A stretch of DNA of 63,055 bases, filler included, from Rhabdomonas costata (GCA_019059605.1; 55 parts of 55 records of this genome joined end to end with filler, not necessarily neighbours in it); one strand, 5' to 3'; numbered from the whole stretch's first letter, positions 49,508 through 62,679 are shown. Numbers and translations: made by a program. The notes: a model not told the origin generated them from the letters alone.

Positions 49508-50758
49508 TCTCCTGTCCAAATACATACCCGATTGCACTGCGACTCGGTCAGAATGCAACGCGCCAGGCTTATCGCTGTTCCATCAGTTTTCGCAGATTGG
49601 AGGGCGGTGCACCTGTTCCCGGGGATTCCAATTTTGCAGAGGATTTGCCTCTTTCGGGATGTCTTGCGCTCTAGGTGTTCTCAAAGGGGAGGTGGGAAGG
49701 GTGCACAATCTGAAAGCGCATGTGCAGTCTGAAAGTTCAAGTGCAGTCTCGGCCAGCCTGTGGCCTGTGGCGATGCCAAATAATGAATGCGCCGTGCCCA
49801 CACGCCCCTTCCCGCTCCCAACGGAGTACCAGGCTGGGCGCCGTATCGGATACCACGTAGGCGGGGTAAGGAACCGCAAAGGCAACTCCAATGATCTCGC
49901 ACAGCTTGGGATTCAAGTACCGGTCAACGTAGCGATCTGTGGCTGCGTTCGACCTCTTGTACCATTCTTCATGCTGTGCCCCCCCCGTCATCATCTTCCC
50001 TCTGCTGCAGGCATACAGGAACTGAATCATCGCCAAGGCCAAGGTCGCTGGACATGACGACAATCTCAGCAAACACATATCAATCAAAGATCGATAAACT
50101 ATCGCCCCACAGAGAAGCAGCACCAAAATAAGAGCCCTAACATAATATGCCAAAACATGATCACAACAACATGCATGCCAGTGGTGGCGAAGCCTGCAGG
50201 AAGGAAAAGTTGCAAAACACATCCACCGTGCTTTGGATTGAGGGGTGCAGCGAAATGCATGCAAAGCGAACACCTCTGGGGCGTAGCCATCGTCGGCGTC
50301 GTCCTCCTCGTCCTGGGGCGGCTCCTCGTCCTCGTTGGCCCACGACTTTGTCTTGCGCGTCGTGCAGAATACCGGAGAGATCTCCAGCCGCGGCTTCAGC
50401 CCTGGGGGCCTATTCCGCAGAAACAAANNNNNNNNNNNNNNNNNNNNNNNNNNNNNNNNNNNNNNNNNNNNTTAATTAATTAANNNNNNNNNNNNNNNNN
50501 NNNNNNNNNNNNNNNNNNNNNNNNNNNGTGTGGTGGTGTCTGTTATCATGCCATGTTGACAAACTCCTGCAATACTAAATCGCAGATTATCCCACAGTCA
50601 GTGTAACTTCCAGGGTTAGTCACATCTATCAGGACTAGTGTCCGTGGATTTCCGCGCCAAAAAAAAGTGGGGCAAGTGAAGCAATCGAGCGAGGAGTGAA
50701 AAAAGACAAACGAGGACAAGATGGAGGCGGTCAAGAGTTCGTGAGGGAGGGTAGGAGC

Positions 50759-50912
50759 CTGTTCTCGCGGATCGCCTTGACCACCTCCTGCCTGGCCTGG
50801 AAGGCGGGCAGGCGGCTGCGGAAGCTCTGCAGGCTGGCCTTCAGCCGCTCGTCGACATAGTAGCGGGCGCGGTGGCCCCCGCCCACGGCAACGGAGGCCT
50901 TGGAGGCATCCA
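50759..50912 (-). CDS. DEAH-box RNA helicase (DHX36/57-like), exon just before motif I
   Basis: cacag| ...LQSFRSRLPAFQARQEVVKAIRENR, the R..LP....r.eil.ai.en stretch that precedes GETGxGKT. Confidence 0.85.
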
Positions 50913-52057
50913 CTGTGGCTAGGTGCGTGCGTGAGTCAGTGCAGAGGAAACCCGAGCTGGGGTGGTGGGGCGGAACTATTGCCTCGGTTGTGTGGAAGGC
51001 CTTTACCCTTCTGTCCAGCTAACCTGCGTTGTGTTGGTGCCTGCTGGCTGGTACTGCCCAGTTGCCTGTCTGCGAATTTGTGTGCATGGTACTCGAATCA
51101 GCTTAGCTCCCACTGAATGACACTGAGAGCAGTGGGCATGGAATACCGAGGAACAAAACGATATCCTCCTCTTCATTGACATGTTTTCCCCGCAGTAATA
51201 ATTACAAATTGAACGCAGTCTATAATTCACAGGAAATTGTAAGGCAGACTGTAAACAAGGAAAAACTGAGGGACTGCGAGACACGAACTGCACAAACATG
51301 CGCAATACAAGTGGCTGCGGGGAGAGGAGAGCTGGCGCCTTCAATTGCGAAAGGTTGGTCGGGAAGGGGGGCATCGAAGGAGAGAAAATAAGCAAAAAAA
51401 CAAACAAGCAAACAAGCAATGGAGAGGAGAAATTCTAATAAGGAGAGCTAAGCCGAAGCAGGCCTGGGGTCTTTTGTATATACAGCAGGCCTCCCGAAAC
51501 GCTGAGAGGAGAAATACATAAAGAGACGGAAAGCATGATACTGAGAAGACCAGAGGTCTACTGAACCACACAACCNNNNNNNNNNNNNNNNNNNNNNNNN
51601 NNNNNNNNNNNNNNNNNNNTTAATTAATTAANNNNNNNNNNNNNNNNNNNNNNNNNNNNNNNNNNNNNNNNNNNNTGTCGTAGGGTGTCAGTGGGTCTGT
51701 CTGCTGAGATTTAGAGTGGCACTGCAGTGGTGGTGTTTCAGCTTCTGGCATCTCCCCTCCCCTCTGAATGGACGGTGCGCTATATGTAATTGACTCGAGA
51801 GCGACCACTCCCAGCCCGCATTGCAATGTGGCCTTCCTGTGTGCGGGGGTGGGAGTTTCTTTACGTGAAACTATCATGGTTGTCTGGATGCTAATTGATC
51901 AAACATGAGACCGATTCACCTTTCAGGGCAAGGCGGCTCGGGGGACGGTGTGACCACTCCTGAGGAATCTGCATCGAGTAAAAGGGTTTTGTTAAAGCTT
52001 CCCCCACTGTTGCTGTTGCTCGTTGTTGCTCCTTTTCTCGTGCTCTGGCTTTCTCAG

Positions 52058-52290
52058 AATATACCACGGACTTGCTCACCGCCGAGGCTTTGGATCTGCT
52101 GCGGCACTACCCGCGCTTCTTGTGCACCTACCGCCGCGGGCTCTGCGGCACCAACGTCACCACAGAACCGGCGGGCATTCCCTCCTCCTCCTCAGCCATC
52201 GGGGGAACGGCAACGGCGAAGCCCACGCCGTTTTTTCTGCTGCTTTCGTACTATGCGCCTCACTTGGGGAAAGTGGCGTTGCCCCGGAAG
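52058..52290 (+). CDS. Sulfatase (arylsulfatase-like) internal exon
   Basis: tctcag| EYTTDLLTAEALDLL...KPTPFFLLLSYYAPH, cf. YsTDl.t.eA..fi...PFFLyl.y.APH; 3' end uncertain (52290, 52351, or stop at 52386). Confidence 0.8.
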
Positions 52291-53635
52291 GTCCGTGGGC
52301 TGACCCCCAAGGGGTTCGTTGAGTTGACCCCGAGGAACGGCACCGAAGAAGGTGTGTTCAGCGTGCGCGAAATCGCCGAAATGTAAATTCAAGTGAGAGA
52401 CAGCAGTGGAATTTGAATGGTAGTGGGGTTGGAAATGGGCATGATATTATTTCCGCCTATTTCAAGAAATAAATATACTGCGCATTCTAGCATGTCCTGC
52501 GACACGGTAGGCCCGTGCACTCAAAAAGTGTGCTCTGTGGAGTTTCATCATTCCCTTTCCTTCCACTGCACTATCGGTCTGTCCTTCGCGGTGGTGGTGT
52601 AGACTCGGCCACTAGCGCATTCCATCATTTGATGCTGAGGAAGTGTAAAGCTCTGACTAAAGTACAAGCTCATGCTTCTTGAATCTACCTCTTGGTTCCA
52701 CCCACACCCCAAACACACCAACANNNNNNNNNNNNNNNNNNNNNNNNNNNNNNNNNNNNNNNNNNNNTTAATTAATTAANNNNNNNNNNNNNNNNNNNNN
52801 NNNNNNNNNNNNNNNNNNNNNNNTTGTTTGGGTTCCGGACCTGGAGTTGCGAAAGAGAAGAACGAGAGAGAGAGAGAGCCTGGTAGACAGGAAAATATGA
52901 AAGACTGAAGGCAACTGCACAAACACCGCTTTCATACTTCGTATGTATGTGTGGGTGAGTATGTCCCTGCCACTGAATGGGTGGGTGAGTGGGCCTTCTC
53001 ACTTTCCCCTTCTGATGCCAAGCGAGATTCATCCTTATATTTTTCAAGCAATTTGAGGAAGACTCCCAAACTTTGGAAGAACTTCTGACTGACTTCTGAC
53101 TGAATTTCTGCGTTGGCACTTTGTACAGGAGTCTTCTAAAAGGGGAGCCCCAGCAAACCTGTCCAGAGGTAGTCCCCTCCAAGAAGATAATTGATGAAGG
53201 TGGTCTTTCCAGCTGAAAAGGGCCCTGCGCAAAGGTGTGCAAATCCCAATGTTTCTTTCAAAATATATGTTTTCTAAGAGATCAGGGGAACACGTTCCAC
53301 GGCAATGGTTGGGCACAAGGCCAACGTTCAACGTTCTAAGTCAACGCAAAAGGGGGCGGCGGGAGGGCTGCGGATGTGTCGACACAGAAAGTACGCAGCT
53401 GCGAGAATCAAACAGTCTCGATTTCAGTGGTGGTCGCTCTTTCGTTCCACTCAAGCGCGTATGCGAAGCGGAAGCACAGGGCAAAAAGGACCTTCTCAGC
53501 GAAACACAAACCTGCACACGACAGCGACTGTGCACAGTGTCGTATGCGCGGTAGGTTCATGTGCCCGATCCATACTCAAGCGTCACGTGCGAACTCTCGC
53601 AAACGTGCGCCAAGAGCAAAGGGTAGGGTTTGTAC

Positions 53636-53786
53636 CGACAAAAAGGATCAGAGGAGTGCGACAGCACAGGAACTCCCCGAAGAACTCCGTGCCACGGAAG
53701 CTGTCGTAGCGGTACGCCGTTTCCATGGGCTCCACAACTTCGGAGTAGATGCGCCGCAGCTCCTCCGTGACCGCCTGGTGCTGCTC
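53636..53786 (-). CDS. EHD/sarcalumenin-family dynamin-like NTPase, N-terminal exon
   Basis: ccag|...|gtacaa; AVTEELRRIYSEVVEPMETAYRYDSFRGTEFFGEFLCCRTPLILFVG, cf. LkxlY...l.PLE..Y.f..F......KPmvl.lG before the P-loop. Confidence 0.8.
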
Positions 53787-54510
53787 CTGGAGCGGAGAAA
53801 AACACCCTTCTTTAAAGACAATAAGCAAGGACATCTCCATGCGCACACTTCACACACAGCTACACCACACANNNNNNNNNNNNNNNNNNNNNNNNNNNNN
53901 NNNNNNNNNNNNNNNTTAATTAATTAANNNNNNNNNNNNNNNNNNNNNNNNNNNNNNNNNNNNNNNNNNNNGGTGGTTTGGAGCTGAAACGAAATGAAAA
54001 CGATAAGAGAAAGTGCTTCAAAAAGCTGTGACCCGATAAACATAAATAAAAGAATAGAGATCTTAGAGATCGTATTCTCGAACTGGGGTGAATCGCGTCC
54101 ACTCCCCGCGCGAACTCAGGCCGCTGTACTGCCTGGCTGCACCAAGTCGTTTCGATGCCTGGAAACCCAATGATTTCTTTCAGCGTCCCCCCCCCCCTCA
54201 GAAAGCGTAGTCGAGAGTGTACATGCCAGCAATGGACTAAGGGATTCGTCGGACAACACTCACTAGACAAAAAATGGGTAGCAACCACTCAGGAAGAAAA
54301 AATCCAGCGGCAGACAGCTGCCGGATTTTCATCCGCTAGCTTCAACTCTTCACACGGGTTGCGGATAAATTCCTTTTTTGTTTCGCTTCTGGCCAGAGGT
54401 GCTGTGCACTTCCTCCTGTCTGCCCTTGTGTGCAACTGCCCTTTTGCTTGCATCGCGTGTTGTGTGGTGTCCTTGCTGCCCTTGCTCTCTGACACACCGT
54501 CGACCTGCAG

Positions 54511-54598
54511 GTGGCCGTCCGCCGGGAGGTGTACAGCGAGCTGTTGGAGCAGGAGGAGACTCTGGACCAACAGTATGACAACAGGATTGAGGCTGCTG
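54511..54598 (+). CDS. Hypothetical coiled-coil exon
   Basis: ctgcag|VAVRREVYSELLEQEETLDQQYDNRIEAA|gtactc. Confidence 0.45.
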
Positions 54599-57451
54599 GT
54601 ACTCCTCTCTCGGCTTTTTCCCCTTCACTCTTTCTCGATCTCGACGCGCTCATGTAGGTGCTTTCCGTTTCTACCTTCACTCTCTTAACTTTGCAGCTTT
54701 GCAATTACATTACATTTTTGGGGGTTGGACAGTGGGCGTTGTGGCAACGCTCTCTCGTTGGGACTTTCCTTCGCAGCCTCTGTTCGTCCTGCTGGGGAAA
54801 AGAGACGTATTCCAGGTTTGTCTTGTGCGTGCTTGCACAAAGGTACATTCAGTGAAGTTTACCGGAAAGGGCTGACAGGGCTGGGGAAGCTAGTACAAGG
54901 ACTTTTTGGTATGGGAAAGGTCTGCTGCCGCAGAGGTCCGCTCCAGCGCTGGCCCTTTGTTTGTTTCTGGTACGTTCGCGGTGGGTACAAACTTCGCCAC
55001 ATGTTTGTACCCACCCAACNNNNNNNNNNNNNNNNNNNNNNNNNNNNNNNNNNNNNNNNNNNNTTAATTAATTAANNNNNNNNNNNNNNNNNNNNNNNNN
55101 NNNNNNNNNNNNNNNNNNNACAATCCCCATTTGATCGGAAATGCGTGGCACAGCTCTGTCAAGGTGGGCCCCAGCGTCGGAAGTATATTGCATCGTTCTT
55201 TTTGTTGATAAAACCTCCTCCCGCCATCTGACCGGTGGTGATCGTCGCTCTCGTGCCCACTCCAAGAGCTTTGGAGTGAACTGACAACAACGCTGTAGGG
55301 AAGAGGCAGTAAAAACATTCCTTTCGCCAAGACCCGACCCTGGCAGACTACTGCTGATGAGATGTCCACAGGAAGCGAAGATGGAGAAAGTTTACGGGGG
55401 GCAGAGATGCATACTCGCCAAAGCACGCAAAAGCCTCTGCTTTCCTTGATATGTCCCCACAGGAAAGGAAGTATAAAGGATCAAAGGTGAATTTCAGTCC
55501 CAAAAATCTCCATCAGAAGCACATGGGGTCAATCGAAGAATTGCATGGGAGGGCAAGGGCGTGGCGTTGAATCAAGGGACTAACTTCCTCTCCATTTTGC
55601 ATCATTAGCTGCTATTGATGTGCTGGTTTAGCAAACCAAACCGCCCAATATAAGCTCCACCTGTTGTCAGCTTTGTCAGCTGCTTCGGTGCATACAGACC
55701 GCCTTGTGGTGCCCCTTCCGTGCCAGTTGTGGTAGGTTAGTGTGCACTTAGGACGGGGGAAGACACCTGCGTGGCCTCAAACTGGAAGGCCTCTCCAAGC
55801 ACGGCAGCAATGATGTTCTTTTACTGCCCGTTCAGGAAACATCCACATTAAGAAACCATGTGCCTCACTGCCTAGAGTCTCGTCCCCAACCTCAATCTCT
55901 GATGACCACACCCTTTCGGCTTCGGTGGGGTGCCACAGTCGGGAATTATGAGGCCTTGCCATCAAGCCAAGAAAAGAACAACCAACTCGACGTCGGCCAA
56001 CTCTTTACAGGGGTTCTCAAGGCGAAAACCCACAGCAAGACTTGCGAGGTCGTCTGCGGTGCACCAAACCAAAGAAAGCGATAAAAAGAGAATGGGGAAA
56101 CACAATATATAGGAGGCGGGGTCCATTGAGCAAAGCAGAGGAAGGCAGACTGAAGCGAAAGAATGGCNNNNNNNNNNNNNNNNNNNNNNNNNNNNNNNNN
56201 NNNNNNNNNNNTTAATTAATTAANNNNNNNNNNNNNNNNNNNNNNNNNNNNNNNNNNNNNNNNNNNNTTTTGGGGGTTTGGGTTCAAAGCGTGGGACGCA
56301 CCGTAGTGGTTCTCATGGGCCGTGTCGTCCTCCTCGTGGCTGACCCTTAGACGATCCGTCAACAGAGCCAGAAGCGCGGGCGGAAGCTCGCGCCGGGGTT
56401 CCCGGGTGGCCATCCCAATGGTCACACCACTGGAGCAACCCCTCTCAAAGGAAGAAATGCTCCCAAGAAACTCTGAATCAAACCCCGGCACATTCCCGCC
56501 AAGAGACTGATATCTCAAATCGGTAGTGGGGGAAAAGGTCCCATGACAACCATACGTTGAGTCGCTGTCCAAGGAGGGCCAGCCCCCCGAACCCAACGTA
56601 AGAGAGGAGCGCCAAATCGCAGCTTCGTATTCTCCAGGGATGCCGTGTTTTAACCTGTTTACAAGTCGCACCCTCCCCATATTTATGAACTTAAAAAAAG
56701 CCCTTTTTTATTAGTGATTTTTCCACGTGCATGACCACAAAAGTGCGAAAGTTGTAGTTAAAACGATCGCCGGGTGAACTTTGTCATTGTGAGACAAGTG
56801 AGACAAGTGCTGAGGTTTCCCTTTGATCACACGATCATTCATTAGCGACGGCATCACACCAAAACAGGACTGACATCACCAGGCTGTGAATGGGGATACA
56901 CCACAAATGGTCAACTAGACGATTCTGTTCCCTGTTTCCTCCAATCACAGCGCGGGGAAGAAAACCCAAGCCACAAACGCCCAGTCGCCGGAGCGCCGCA
57001 TGCAATCCACAGACAATCAACCACAGAAAAGAGGGGTCATCCTCAAACCATCGGACACCAGCCAGCACAAGGATTCTCAAAGAACACACAGGGCACACAA
57101 CGACGCTCACATGGATGTGCACCACATGGATTACAAACACAGGCACCCACACAACTTCCTGGCCTGCCGCTAAGAAAGAATGAGGCTGGACTTGCAAGGG
57201 CCGTGAGTCCCGCAAGGTGAAGCCCAAGAAGAAGAAGCCCACGGAGTAATTGATCCCTACCAGCTCAACCGGCTGTTTCCCCCAGTCCTCGACCCCAACT
57301 CTGCAACTTCCCTCCNNNNNNNNNNNNNNNNNNNNNNNNNNNNNNNNNNNNNNNNNNNNTTAATTAATTAANNNNNNNNNNNNNNNNNNNNNNNNNNNNN
57401 NNNNNNNNNNNNNNNTGTGGTTTTGGTATCATGCTGCTCATGCTGGCGCAG

Positions 57452-58304
57452 GATGATGCGTCGCTGGAGGGATACAACGTCAAAAATCGTGTGCAGGACT
57501 TCGTTTTTCAGGCTTTGAAGCTGGGGAACCTTACCAGGTTCCGCACTTGCAAAAGGAAGAAGTCGGAATCAATTTAGAGGCGTTTATTTTGTTTCCTCTG
57601 TGTATGTTTGGTGTAGTTTAGTTCAGATACACGTCTCCCTCCAGCAACGGTTCCCCACTGCGTCTAGACCGCTTTACTAAGCCCCCCCCCCCTTTCTTTT
57701 CTCAGAGGAAAGCACATCATGTTCACCATGGGGACGGACTTCACCTACGACGACGCCGACTCGTGGTTCCGCAACTTGGATAAGATCATCTCACTTGTAA
57801 ATGCTGACGGACGGGTTTTCAATGCTGCTATTTGTTGCGTTGACGTGCGAAGGAAACTTCTTTTGACAGGATCCAATCAGGAACAAAACAGAACAACAAG
57901 ATAAAATTGCGATGGACCCGGGTAAACAGCGCAACAGGGTAAACATGGGGAAGCCACTCCAACAACTGGGAGCCGGAAAGCGTCCACGTTTCGCGGTTAT
58001 TCAGCGTTATGTGTCGGGCACAAAAATAACGTCATCAAGGCAAGGCAAGGGAAGAAAAGAAAAGGACATACGCACAGTATATCAAGGAAGTTGGAGAAGG
58101 GTGAGACTCTGGTGAGTGAATCATTTTTGCTGGTTTTGATGCAACACGGAGAACTGGAGTACCTTTTCCACCACACTACGGTCCTCTGACTGGGATTCAG
58201 GTGAAAGTAATGTACTCCACGCCGTCGGCCTATGTGGAGGCCAAGTTAGCCGAGGGCCTGACATGGCCCCTGAAGAAGGACGACCTCTTCCCATATGCCG
58301 ACGG
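57452..58304 (+). CDS. Lysosomal-type alpha-mannosidase (GH38), three exons
   Basis: 57452-57537 [18 protein letters not shown]...; 57706-57814 [36 protein letters not shown]; 58201-~58304 [15 protein letters not shown]...[14 protein letters not shown]; in-phase GT-AG introns. Confidence 0.95.
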
Positions 58305-58365
58305 GCATGTCATATTCTTTTATTGCTGTTATTTTCTCTTCTTTTCTTGGTCGTTTCAGGGTCAG

Positions 58366-58458
58366 TTTTGCGAAAGTCCCAACATTGATGAATATTGAAG
58401 AAGGGTTGACTCGGAGCTCCATTTTTCAATATTCATCAATGTTGGGACTTTCGCAAAA
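58366..58458. repeat. Contig-terminal fold-back inverted repeat
   Basis: ttttgcgaaagtcccaacattgatgaatattgaa ... ttcaatattcatcaatgttgggactttcgcaaaa. Confidence 0.95.
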
Positions 58459-58706
58459 CAACCNNNNNNNNNNNNNNNNNNNNNNNNNNNNNNNNNNNNN
58501 NNNNNNNTTAATTAATTAANNNNNNNNNNNNNNNNNNNNNNNNNNNNNNNNNNNNNNNNNNNNGTTGTTGTTGTGTGCGTGTATGTTTGTGTGTTGGGCA
58601 GCACTCCCCGTTCTGTGCCCCCCAACTGTTGCAAAACTGCAGTGGGCACCAATCCCACACCAAGCAAAATGGTCCAGAGAAAGGCGAGGCGGGGGGAGGG
58701 GAGTAC

Positions 58707-58812
58707 CAAAATGTCGACCAGTCCGTCCATTGCACAATCAGGGAGTACCCAGTGAACCAGTAGGTGACGTTGGTTGTGTTTCGCACCGGAATCAAATCAG
58801 CCAGATACGGAC
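58707..58812 (-). CDS. Hypothetical exon
   Basis: ttcag|GPYLADLIPVRNTTNVTYWFTGYSLIVQWTDWSTFW|gtactc. Confidence 0.35.
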
Positions 58813-59827
58813 CTGAACCCAAAAACGCCCACACTGAATACCGGAAAAATTGCTGCAGACCCTGGCCGCTTCTTGGGGTTAGTATCACCTTTTTCGCTGC
58901 GCGGAGGGTCTTTTGAATCATCGTTCGGTTCCTCTTCAAATTTGTCCATATTTCTCCGCTCTAGTGTGCCTTATCCTTCCCTCCGTCTGTTTTTTGCGCA
59001 CGCTTGCTCCCTCTCCTTCGTTCACTCACTTCCTGTTCGGGTCTTTTCCTCTCCTCTCCTTGTCTAACCTCCCCTTCACACGCCCTCTTCTCATGCCTCT
59101 CCCCCTTGTAACTTAGTGGCCTTGTGTTATTTTTTTGTTGTTAAAAAATATCGCATTGCCTTTTTTGCGTGCGCTGAACACTCTGTGCGCTGGACTATCG
59201 TCTAGAAATCCTTTTTGCAGGTTTTTGGCAACGTTATCGATTGTACTCGTCCACTTTCAGGGGGACACTGGTTTCTCTTGATCGGTCTTGCTTCCATGTT
59301 TGGATGTCTGGCAACAACGTGGTGAAAACAGGGGGGGGGGGGGAAGAGAAGAAAAGGCTCAGACTGTGTGCCACTTAACGCCATTCGAGCGGGATCAGAG
59401 AACGCACAAAAAACCGCGGGAACCAAAGTGCATCCAAAAGGGTTGGTCTTTCTGTTCAATCCATCTGAACTAGAACATCACAAGGAAGGAAGCGTGACAT
59501 CAAGCAGGCAGGAGGAGGACACTCTTCATCTTGCAAGAATATACTGCAAGATTATATTGCCCGTGCCACCTCAAAAGTGATAAATGAAAACAGTGTTGCC
59601 AAAAGGCAGGTNNNNNNNNNNNNNNNNNNNNNNNNNNNNNNNNNNNNNNNNNNNNTTAATTAATTAANNNNNNNNNNNNNNNNNNNNNNNNNNNNNNNNN
59701 NNNNNNNNNNNGAACTTGTGAGCAGTTACCGTTACGATCTGCATGTGTGTTAAAATAATATGGAGTGGCTCTGTGTGCGTGAGCGTTTCAGGTGCAGCAT
59801 AGCAGGCGTATGGGTGAGATGTCGCAC

Positions 59828-60688
59828 CGGGCAGGGCTGGACAGAGTCCAGGGGCTTCTGCTGAATCGTGGCAGCTGCACAACCTGTAGAAGGTTGTCTG
59901 CACTGATAAACTCCGAGGGCAGTCCGACACCCGGGTGAGTGCCGCGCACAGCCTGGGCCACGGAGAGGCCGCGGAGGCGGGCCGCCGCGGAGGGCGTGGC
60001 CATGGGGTTGGGTGTGCGGCCGGAGTACAGCTCCGGGAACGAGGCAAAGGCCAGCCCCTGCATCCCACAGACCCACTTGCGTCACACAACCTCACTCTCA
60101 CACAAGGGCTTGAGGCAGCACAAACAGGAAGAAAAAGCGGAGCAAAGAAACGGCATGTCCGTGCGGATTCACTTCAACAGAAGGAGGCCCGCTCACCACT
60201 GCACCACAGGGAACCACCGGAAAAAGGCAGAGTATCAGGTTATTGCTATTCCCGGCGCTTTCAGCGTTGACAGGGTGACCGGTGCTGCACGCCTGCCCCG
60301 AAGGCAACACCCGCTCATAAAAATTTGCAAGCTCCAAAGAGAGGCAATATTACCTCTGAGAAACAAGCTTCTTCAGCTCTCATCACTTTCTTTGACGGCG
60401 AGATGGACCGGATGCACCGCGGAGGCGAAGGCGGGGGGGGGGGGGGGGCAGAGTACCACAGATGCGTAGGTCACGGCGTTGGGCTCGAGGGCAGGGCTAT
60501 AGCTGCTGTACGCCAGCAGAGGGGCGAAGATCAGCGCGACCAGTCCGAAGAACCACAGAAAACCCAGGTAGAACTTCGGCAGCCGCGGCCACGGCTGGCC
60601 CACCCAGGCCTTCCAGTAGCGGTTGTTTACGACGTCAGCCCGGGCCAGGATGAGCTCGTGGTGGATATCCTCCAACTTCAGCCAGTAC
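59828..60688 (-). CDS. PIEZO: Piezo mechanosensitive channel, anchor/outer helix/cap region, two exons
   Basis: 60688-60457 YWLKLEDIHHELILARADVV...PKFYLGFLWFFGLVALIFAPLLAYSSYSPALEPNAVTYASV (cf. WLKLEDI...K...G...iw.PllmySs.nP...N.v) and 60057-59828 GLAFASFPELY...FSRSPWTLSSPAR. Confidence 0.9.
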
Positions 60689-62021
60689 CTTGCGGTTTTT
60701 GAATAGTTGTTCATAGCTCAATAAAAGCTTGGAGAGCAAACCCTTTTGGGTGCTGGCCANNNNNNNNNNNNNNNNNNNNNNNNNNNNNNNNNNNNNNNNN
60801 NNNTTAATTAATTAANNNNNNNNNNNNNNNNNNNNNNNNNNNNNNNNNNNNNNNNNNNNTGTGTTGGTGTGTGTGGTTTGGTGTGTATAATAAAGAGCCA
60901 GGAATTGGCCCTCTTCCAGTTAGGTGTGCATGGTTCGTTTTGTGCACGGCTGTGGAAGCAAAGCTTTCCAACCCCTTAGGTTTGCTGAACGTTCTCCCAA
61001 AAGGCAGTCGCTTTCCACTTTCCAGTTCAGTAAACTGCGTGTCATAAATCGAATGTCAATCTTCTGAGTCAGGGAATGAAGTGACAACGAGAATGCAGAA
61101 CGCACACCGGGTCAAAGACGAAACCCGAGCGACAGACATTTTCCTTCACGAACAGCAGCCCGCCGGGAACCAAGGAGCGAGCAACCAAGCGCAGCACCTG
61201 ATGATAGGGAGAAGAGCAAAGCTCTGTTTGGAAGGCCTGTCTGAAACCTAAACAACGATCGAACCATGTTGCCCAGGGTCAAATTAGGTTGCAGCGCAAC
61301 CCAGCTGCGCCACGCAGAACGGCCGACAACCCAGGGCAGAATGGGCAGCGCTACCCTAATCCAAGAGGGCATCCAAGAGGCTAGAAACTAAAAAAAACTG
61401 GAATCAAAGAATCGTCCTATCCTCACATAAACAGTCCACTGACAAGGGACTGGGAAGCGATCAGGAAACATGAACCCCCTGGACCATTATTAGAAAAGAG
61501 CGAGTACTCAGTGTTTAAGGTCGCCAAGGGTCGCGTTTGAACCACAACTGCTGGAGCACAGAGCCACACCCACACCTACAGATCCCACACATACCTCTCG
61601 CCATCACATTCCACCAAGCACAAACCCAACCAGCTTCGGATTAAGATGACAACCCGCAACCCGAAGTCGCCACCAAGACTCGCTGCTCGAAAATCTGCAA
61701 GTGCAAGCGTTCTTAGATTCCTCAGAGCTCAAACTGACAGCCCATGACGCGTATCCCTACCTCAACAACATTCCGCGAATACAAAGCCACCTGCGTTAAG
61801 TCCTGGTCCGTCAGGTACCCACACACCCACTGCATGACCACCAGTCCGTACGTGGGCCCCGCAGGAAAGACAAAGTCCTGCGCCTGCTGCGGGTGCACCA
61901 CCCCACCNNNNNNNNNNNNNNNNNNNNNNNNNNNNNNNNNNNNNNNNNNNNTTAATTAATTAANNNNNNNNNNNNNNNNNNNNNNNNNNNNNNNNNNNNN
62001 NNNNNNNGGTGGTGGTGTGGC

Positions 62022-62156
62022 AGCAAAAGCGGGGTGCCGCCTGAGGGTCCCGACCTCGCTGCGCTGGCCCAGCACGTGGCGCAAAAGTGCGCCGGTGGGC
62101 TCGAGCTGGGTGGGCTGATGACCATCGGACGCCCAGACTACACCTGCACGCCGGAG
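62022..62156 (+). CDS. PLPBP: PLP homeostasis protein YggS/PROSC, downstream exon (opposite strand to the upstream exons)
   Basis: SKSGVPPEGPDLAALAQHVAQKCAGGLELGGLMTIGRPDYTCTPE|gtgtgg; SKSG and GLMTIG motifs. Confidence 0.9.
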
Positions 62157-62679
62157 GTGTGGATGTCTGGCACTGAATCTTAAAATCGGTGAGGGTTGCT
62201 GTCCAAGCGACGATTTCCTGAAAGAAAACGCTAAAATGATTCGTTCCATACCGGCTCAACACCGTTGGAATTGAGTGGCATCTTATACGCTTCTTTCCAT
62301 CAGCTCCGGTAACAGATTCACAGCTGCCCTTCAACAGCAGCCCTGCGTTCCCTCCTCACAAAGAAATAAAAAAATATAGTAATGGGGGTCTCCGCACACA
62401 TTCAAGCGAATTTCCACTTTAATAATGTCCGCTGTCCGAGTAAACAAATCTTAAGGCACAGGCGGCATGCCGGCACACACTTGTTCCAATTTCTTGATTT
62501 GATGAAACCCTCACCTTTTCGATACAGTTAGCACTGAAAAAATAAGCGAAGACCTATACCATGTCATATGCAACAGCGCTATATCACGTCATCAAGCTCC
62601 ACTGTCCAAAATACGCCATGTGACGGCGAGAAGACAAAATGACCAATGACCAAGCGAGACAGGAAGCAGTGCCCTAGAC

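Noticed and set aside
55120..57315. Stop-interrupted coding-like stretches (also 48232-49279 and 60860-61907) as TE relics
   Set aside because: No diagnostic motif could be identified.
1050..62007. Regularly spaced TTAATTAATTAA as a CRISPR array or biological repeat
   Set aside because: It is embedded in N runs; this is a standard six-frame-stop concatenation linker.
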